Below, in pieces: positions 58,707 through 64,000 of a stretch of 64,000 bases of DNA. This DNA comes from Candidatus Poribacteria bacterium (GTDB lineage: Bacteria > Poribacteria > WGA-4E > WGA-3G), in NCBI GenBank assembly GCA_965247285.1, contig CBDFHD010000002.1, positions 548,632 through 612,631 of the forward strand, written 5' to 3'. Every line of letters starts with the position of its first letter. The stretch's first letter is position 1. The notes beneath the pieces were generated by a model. The model searched no databases. It worked only from the letters and a program-made list of their open reading frames with translations, and was not told the origin of the DNA. Made by a program: the position numbers and the translations under genes.

Positions 58707-59663
58707 TCACACTAAACATTTCTCGAACGCTTTGATAAACGAAATTTTGCCTTCACACATTTGTTTCCGAATTCTCAATATTTCCCATGCAGTAGGCAGT
58801 CCCTTCACCACGATTTCTGCGTCGATTTGTAAGCGTAGAAATAATTGATTTAGCTCTTTGATAATATACTCGCGTAGACATGCCTGTGCCCACTTTAATG
58901 TTATGCTTCTATACATACCATAAAATTCATTCCAGTTTTCAGAGTTATAATCTCGTTGGCTCCAGCCCCACCGCTCTGTTGCCCTTGCTATGAAAAGTTT
59001 CGTTTCTTGAGCATAGTGTTTAGTATTAAAGTTTGTGGGCCACTCCTGCACACTTACTGTGTATTTTAAAAAAGATGGAACGAGATCCGGAAACCGTACG
59101 AGTTTCTTGAGCATTGCACGATGCCCCCGGTACCCGCCTAACTTTTCCGGCATTACGATATCCCAGATATCCGTTTCTGTGATACTATCATAGGGTTTGT
59201 CGTGGGGATGACGGTGTGTTTGCGGAAGTATTCGGGTATACCTTCCAAATACCCGCAACAACCACTGATAAGCGAATGCATGCAATCTATATACTCCATT
59301 GTTTTCTTTATCCCAGAAAATCTTGCGGACTGACCGACCTTCCCATACGAGTTCCAAAACAATTGCTTCTACGGCATCACTTAACAATTTCTTCAAGGGC
59401 TGCCGACTATACCGGTTGTACTCATACCTACGAACAAGTGACTCCAAAATTGCTACTACACGAGGTTCATCACTATCTTTACCTTGTATCTCTACAGAAA
59501 AGTTGGGAGCGTGATCTGACTCACCTCCGATCGGCATTATCCCAAGCCGAGCATCTTCTAGGAACATAGATAGATTCAAATTGTGATTGACTTCTTCCCT
59601 AAGTTTGGAAAAGGACTTAGCAACACGCGGTGTTTTCAAACGTTTGTGGGATTTAGGTTTCAT
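58707..59663 (-). CDS. hypothetical protein (318 aa), second gene of the two-gene cassette; no recognisable domain
   Basis: ATG 59663 overlaps the TGA of the upstream 866-aa gene (ATGA), indicating translational coupling. Basic N-terminus MKPKSHKRLKTPRVAKS. Confidence 0.5.
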   Translation of the reverse strand: MKPKSHKRLKTPRVAKSFSKLREEVNHNLNLSMFLEDARLGIMPIGGESDHAPNFSVEIQGKDSDEPRVVAILESLVRRYEYNRYSRQPLKKLLSDAVEAIVLELVWEGRSVRKIFWDKENNGVYRLHAFAYQWLLRVFGRYTRILPQTHRHPHDKPYDSITETDIWDIVMPEKLGGYRGHRAMLKKLVRFPDLVPSFLKYTVSVQEWPTNFNTKHYAQETKLFIARATERWGWSQRDYNSENWNEFYGMYRSITLKWAQACLREYIIKELNQLFLRLQIDAEIVVKGLPTAWEILRIRKQMCEGKISFIKAFEKCLV

Positions 59664-62260
59664 GATCCTTGATGCCTTGTATTATGGTTTTCTTCTCTTC
59701 TAATATCTTCTTCGAGGTCTCTACGATTCCGCTTCCAACCGAAATCAAGATTTTCTCCGACTTCCTGTTGGCGAACGTACTTGGCGATAAAAATGTCAAT
59801 TCCATCATAGGGCATGTAGGGGAAAGGCTGGGATCGTCCAGCGAAAATTCTCACCAAGGCACTTTCGTGTACCGGAACTGTGTCGGGCTCAGGGTCAACA
59901 ATGATACGATTTGGATCGGGCGGGATTTCTTGGCGTTCCACATTCGCCAGAAGTCGTTGTATCATTTGCTTCCATCTGGTCCTATTTATACCACGGTGTT
60001 CAATCTCGAAACCAGATTCGGAGAGCGAGGTAGCTGCTGCAAGAGATTGAAGACGTTGATTTTCTTGTTCTTCGTTGAGGTATTTATCCCATGCTTTCAC
60101 TATGGGTTCCTTCAGGCGTGGTGTTTCGTGATAGTCAGAAAGCAGATACGCGTAGCCACTAATATCCATCAGATCCAAAAGAGGTGCAGCAGCGATTTTT
60201 AAATTATTCAGATTCTGCCAATCAGTTCCCAATTCTTCAGAACGCAGTTTGTCAAACTGTAATAGACTGCCGCCGAAGTAATGACCGAAAATTGTTTCGA
60301 TCAACTCGCAATCATTCTCAACCATAGCGACAAATAACGCTTCTCCAACAGTGTGAAGGAATTGTCCGGCAAAATCTGGATAAGATTCAGGTCTTGATAT
60401 CAAGGAGAGTAGGAGATTTTCTTCGGACATGAGTTTCAAAAGTTCCTTATGTCGCTGCCTGCATTTTTCCACCAGTTCCTCAATATCTAAACTTGGCCAA
60501 GGAATTCCTTCGATCCGCCGGTCAGAATTTAAATCACTCCAAAAATCGTTCAAGGTATCCATGTGGTGATCAAGCTTATTCCAGTACTCTAACTCTCCTG
60601 ATACAATCACTGTCTCCAACCATGGATGTCGTGAGGATTTCGCAATTTCTATCCAATGTTTGTAGAGTTCACATGCCTTTTCACAAAAACTGATTAGTGC
60701 TTTGTGAAGATTCTCCACTTCTTTTTGCACAGTTAGTTCTTGAAGATACCAGGATGCGCTGATGACGTGCCCTTCAACTCTATCCTCAAAAGCTAGTTTT
60801 GGGCGCAGCCATTCAAGTCGTTCCAAGACATGTACTGCGAAACCTGTTCTGTAAATTGACCTTTCTGATTTCCATTTGATGTGATGAATTCGTTGGAGTA
60901 TTGCATCTCGTCTATGAGACTTAATAGTGCTAATGTAGGCCAAAAAAACATTAATTGGCATTGCTGCTAACTGTGTACAAATTTGCATATGTTCCAAGGG
61001 TTCTTCTGTAACAAGGTTATCCTTTTCAGCAAAGATGAATTTTTCACACCATGAAAAAATGTCACTTATCAGGTTGAATGCATATTCAATTTGGTGATCT
61101 GCTGCAAGTAGTCGAACATAAATGTCAAGACGATTTAGCAATTCAATGACTATCGGATAGCGTTTCTCTTCCATATTGATTTCCAAACAACGCCCCACAA
61201 TTGGCAATATTGCAGATTCAATCCATCTGAGGTCGCTTACGGTTTCCGGCTGTAGTCCAGTGGCCGTTTCGTATGCCAAAGATGTCTTTGTATCACTCGT
61301 TCTATACCAATCCGGGTGCACATATTTTTGCCGGTACCACAAACTACCGGTGGGAATTGATTTTTTTATTCTTTCATAATCACATAAAAATACAAGGAGA
61401 TTTTTGCACAGATCTGCGAATGGACGACCATTGAGATACGGTTCTTCGGCCGCTATGTCGGACACAGCGGTTAGGGTATTTATAGTATTTTGGGCGCGCT
61501 GACGGGTATAATTTTGGAACGAAGGATCTAACCAACGATACCCACCCGCCTGCACTTGTCGGTGGTACTGGAATAACTGTTTGAAGAGACGATGTGAGAG
61601 AATTGTGGGATCGAAGAAATAAAAGGCACGAGCACCTAATCGGACAAATCCAATAATCATAACCCCTGCACCTAGTATAAGGAGTGGTATTGCTAATATG
61701 ATCGGTTCAAAACCTGCGGTGTGAAAAGCAAGTAAACACACACCGAAAGAGGTAAGCAAGGCAAGCAAGCGCATGTACACGTTGCCAACTTGTTCTTTGG
61801 CTAGTAAGTCCCGGATGTCATTGGGTAGTCTCGCGTAGATAGCACCACCTATTGTGCTGATGGCAGCATAGTAAAGACCGATGAATATTCCGCCTACCGC
61901 GATCACTGTTTCAAGCAAGGTCCCGTAAGTGCTATCCTCAGGAATAGTGAAGCCTATCTTTGTGAACAAAGGAACACAATAAGGATTAATGCCTTGGAGT
62001 CCGATAGTTATGAAGATCGCCAAGATTAGTTGGCCTAATATAGACCACAATAGAGAAAATAGAGATTTCGTTACTGTACCGCCTTCTCGCACACGGTGTT
62101 TTATTCCGAACAGCGTTCTGTAGGAGAAGAATCCGAGACGCGAAAAAGCGTTTCTGGCCTTCCAGAAGATTCGAGTTTGAGCAAAAGAAAGAAATAGAGT
62201 GTTAAACATCGTTAGTCGTTCATAGAGGCTTCCGAATTGCAGATAAGTCCGAAATGACAC
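59660..62260 (-). CDS. hypothetical large membrane protein (866 aa): N-terminal four or five transmembrane helices plus about 600-aa soluble alpha-helical domain; first gene of the two-gene cassette
   Basis: TM segments LFSLLWSILGQLILAIFITIGL, VIAVGGIFIGLYYAAISTIGGAIYA, LLALLTSFGVCLLAFHTAGF, IILAIPLLILGAGVMIIGFV. No P-loop or nuclease motif seen. Annotated start is GTG at 62260 with no SD; an alternative ATG at 62209 (MFNTLFLSF...) is possible. Confidence 0.5.
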   Translation of the reverse strand: MSFRTYLQFGSLYERLTMFNTLFLSFAQTRIFWKARNAFSRLGFFSYRTLFGIKHRVREGGTVTKSLFSLLWSILGQLILAIFITIGLQGINPYCVPLFTKIGFTIPEDSTYGTLLETVIAVGGIFIGLYYAAISTIGGAIYARLPNDIRDLLAKEQVGNVYMRLLALLTSFGVCLLAFHTAGFEPIILAIPLLILGAGVMIIGFVRLGARAFYFFDPTILSHRLFKQLFQYHRQVQAGGYRWLDPSFQNYTRQRAQNTINTLTAVSDIAAEEPYLNGRPFADLCKNLLVFLCDYERIKKSIPTGSLWYRQKYVHPDWYRTSDTKTSLAYETATGLQPETVSDLRWIESAILPIVGRCLEINMEEKRYPIVIELLNRLDIYVRLLAADHQIEYAFNLISDIFSWCEKFIFAEKDNLVTEEPLEHMQICTQLAAMPINVFLAYISTIKSHRRDAILQRIHHIKWKSERSIYRTGFAVHVLERLEWLRPKLAFEDRVEGHVISASWYLQELTVQKEVENLHKALISFCEKACELYKHWIEIAKSSRHPWLETVIVSGELEYWNKLDHHMDTLNDFWSDLNSDRRIEGIPWPSLDIEELVEKCRQRHKELLKLMSEENLLLSLISRPESYPDFAGQFLHTVGEALFVAMVENDCELIETIFGHYFGGSLLQFDKLRSEELGTDWQNLNNLKIAAAPLLDLMDISGYAYLLSDYHETPRLKEPIVKAWDKYLNEEQENQRLQSLAAATSLSESGFEIEHRGINRTRWKQMIQRLLANVERQEIPPDPNRIIVDPEPDTVPVHESALVRIFAGRSQPFPYMPYDGIDIFIAKYVRQQEVGENLDFGWKRNRRDLEEDIRREENHNTRHQGS

Positions 62261-62271
62261 AGAATCTTAAA

Positions 62272-62315
62272 AATCCGCGTTAATCTGTGTAATCCGCGTA
62301 AATCCGCGATTCAGA
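62272..62315. repeat. inverted GGATTAC-nonamer array / GATTCAGAC anchor downstream of the methyltransferase 3' end (part of direct repeat B)
   Basis: aatccgcgttaatctgtgtaatccgcgtaaatccgcgattcagacaa read from sequence. Confidence 0.7.
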
Positions 62316-62319
62316 CAAT

Positions 62320-62782
62320 TTATTCCACCGCACCCTCCAGAATCGCAATCTCATCGACAGTTAAGTCGTATAAAACGTATACCAATTTATCAATCTCATT
62401 TTCAAGGGTAGAAACGTCCGCGTCTAAGTCAGCGCGTTTGACGTTGAGAATCTGATCGACTAAAGTTGCAACCGAAGTCTGCTCTCCAACTGAACGTGAA
62501 ATTAAGGGTATTGCTAATAAAGGTTGCTTGTCAATTTGATAATTTGTCCCTTGCATTTTTCCCCTATGTTTCAACCAAAAAGTGACAAGCCTTGAATTCA
62601 AGAGCCCCGTCAAGTATTTTAGATTGATTCTTTTCGTCTTAATTAGAAAAAAAGTTTGCGATACATAGCTATCAAAATCAACATAGGTAAATATAGGTCT
62701 TGCCCATTTTCTGACCGATATAATCTTCTCTCCTTGAAAAATAGACTGTTTTCTTGATCTATGCAATCCATAAGGTTTATTA
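62320..62782 (-). CDS. C-terminal TaqI_C-type target-recognition domain of a type IIG restriction-modification / BREX PglX-like N6-adenine methyltransferase (3' piece of a gene disrupted by an IS)
   Basis: KPYGLHRSRKQSIFQGEKIISVRKWARP ... LKYLTGLLNSRLVTFWLKHRG ... LVYVLYDLTVDEIAILEGAVE are TaqI_C hallmarks. After removing the IS and one TA, the reading frame is continuous with the 63826..64000 piece. Confidence 0.6.
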
Positions 62783-63823
62783 GACATTATAACGATTAAA
62801 TTGCAAGTTGTCATTAGTCTATGTTAGAATCTTAAAAAGTATTATTTTTGAGGTAGACCCATGACAAGTTATCAAGACCTAAAGGATAAACCGAAACGAT
62901 TCCATTCTTTGACAGGATACACGCCCGAAGAATTTTCTGCGATCGCTCCCACCTTTTCTAAGTGTTTTTTAGAGTTTGTCGAAACAAACACACTGGATGG
63001 AGAACGCCGAAAAAAACGGAAGTATTGCTCGTATAAAAATAGTTTCTTACCCAGTATTGAGGATAAGCTGCTGTTTATTTTCATTTACCTGCGAAAGGCA
63101 GTGACACAAGATGTGCTCGGTGAACTCTTCGGTGTGTCTCAACCTGTAGCGAATAAATGGATCCACCGACTTTTGCCCATCGTCAATCGTGCTTTGGCAG
63201 CCCTTGGGGAGTTACCATCTCGAGAGCCAGACCCCTCAACTTTTGATACGCCTGGGGATACTTCGTCTGACAATCAAGTTTCAAATCATTTTTTTTCAGG
63301 ATAGCACTGAGCGTCCGATACAACGTCCCAAAGACCCACAAAGACAAAAGGCTTATTATAGTGGTAAAAAGAAACAACATACCCACAAGAATAACTTGGT
63401 CATTGATGCTGCGTGCAAAGTTGTGTTATTGACACCCACTTGTGAAGGCAGAATACATGACAAGCGTATCGCTGATGCCACTCGTTATTGTCTGCCAAAT
63501 GGTAGTACTTTGTTTCAAGATTCGGGTTTTCAAGGATTTAGCCTTCAAGGAATAAACATCATTCAACCGAAAAAGAAACCCAAAGGACGAGACCTCACGC
63601 TTGAAGAAAAAGAGAGGAATCGTCTTATTTCATCCATCCGTGTCCGAGTCGAACATGTGATGAGTGGTATCAAAAGATACCGCATCGTAAAAGATAAGCT
63701 GCGCAACTGGAAAAAAGGGTTTAGTGATTTAGTTATGGAAACATGTTGTGGGTTACACAACTTTAGATTAAACTTCCGACCTTGGTGTTATAAGACGACT
63801 ATTGATTAAACCATTATAATGTC
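62783..63823 (+). mobile_element. IS5-family (DDE_Tnp_4-type) insertion sequence, about 1041 bp, imperfect 20-bp terminal inverted repeats, TA target-site duplication
   Basis: IRL GACATTATAACGATTAAATT (62783..62802) versus IRR reverse complement GACATTATAATGGTTTAATC (63804..63823). Flanking TA at 62781..62782 and 63824..63825. Confidence 0.7.
62861..63809 (+). CDS. IS5-family transposase, two overlapping frames (orfA 62861..63304, orfB 63189..63809), probably joined by a -1 frameshift at a T8 run
   Basis: orfA has a HTH-like N-terminus. orfB has a DDE_Tnp_4-like core (VIDAACKV.., DSGFQG, RVRVEHVMSGIKRYRIV). T8 tract at about 63283..63290, where the frames overlap. Confidence 0.7.
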
Positions 63824-63825
63824 TA

Positions 63826-64000
63826 TTACTAGAAGTGATTACATCTTGGAACTTATCAAGATGTTTTTTTATATTAGGATAATCTTCTATCTTTTTCTTA
63901 TCTTTTTTAAAGCTGGAATCAGTGTAGATTACCCATTTACGGTTTATAGGGTTAGCATAATGACGATTCAATTCTTGGGTTGTATAACAAGGATTTATGA
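63826..64000 (-). CDS. upstream (more N-terminal) piece of the IS-disrupted TaqI_C-domain methyltransferase gene; continues beyond the right window edge
   Basis: Encodes ...NRHYANPINRKWVIYTDSSFKKDKKKIEDYPNIKKHLDKFQDVITSSN, then enters the IS. Frame-continuous with 62320..62782 after IS excision. Confidence 0.5.

Noticed and set aside
1-64000. tRNA, rRNA or tmRNA genes
   Set aside because: No intergenic segment shows cloverleaf-compatible tRNA features (GTTC-type T-loop or CCA context) or rRNA-like conserved blocks. The intergenic space is accounted for by repeats, MITEs and promoters.

Overview
Metagenome-like bacterial contig with a repeat-rich chromosomal backbone and a compositionally distinct, AT-richer accessory region at its 3' end (about 56.2-64.0 kb). 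The taxon cannot be named from sequence alone. The gene content (many sulfatase, Gfo/Idh/MocA, xylose-isomerase-like TIM-barrel, LamG and TPR proteins) resembles Planctomycetota, Verrucomicrobiota or Poribacteria-type sponge-associated bacteria.

Backbone genes, in order: a BamA/Omp85-like POTRA fragment running off the left edge; a B12-binding radical-SAM protein (DUF4080-like) immediately followed by a duplicated ECF/CbiO-type ABC ATPase; LolA-like and YidD proteins; two paralogous TPR-TM2 proteins; five paralogous secreted LamG (Laminin_G_3) proteins that share a conserved C-terminal motif; a CBM9/DUF5916 protein; a DUF3500-like protein; a TRAP fused permease; a complete Mn/Fe homeostasis locus (DtxR/MntR regulator, MbfA-like ferritin-VIT exporter, TroA-like substrate-binding protein, ATPase, two permeases); a YyaL thioredoxin-domain protein; a DegT aminotransferase; an S58 peptidase; an alkaline-phosphatase-family phosphodiesterase; two PhyH dioxygenases; a sulfatase; several Gfo/Idh/MocA and sugar isomerase/epimerase genes; and an Uma2 endonuclease with a perfect 3 x 42-bp coding tandem repeat.

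The accessory region looks like a defense island. It contains an FRG-domain protein, an AbrB-like antitoxin, a GxxExxY protein flanked by GGATTACGC nonamer arrays, and the C-terminal TaqI_C specificity domain of a type IIG / PglX-like methyltransferase. The methyltransferase body lies beyond the window, and its gene is interrupted by an IS5-family element with a frameshifted transposase and a TA target-site duplication. Directly downstream lies an uncharacterised, translationally coupled two-gene cassette: an 866-aa protein with a multi-pass N-terminal membrane domain plus a 318-aa protein. The cassette is bounded by about 130-bp direct repeats that are two diverged copies of the methyltransferase gene's 3' end.

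The window also carries at least two MITE families, one of which interrupts a HicB-like antitoxin gene, and a family of about 90-nt intergenic elements. These elements end in a conserved translation-initiation leader (AAGGAAAATTAAAAA-ATG) preceded by a conserved-loop, covarying-stem hairpin. No rRNA, tRNA or CRISPR array was found.
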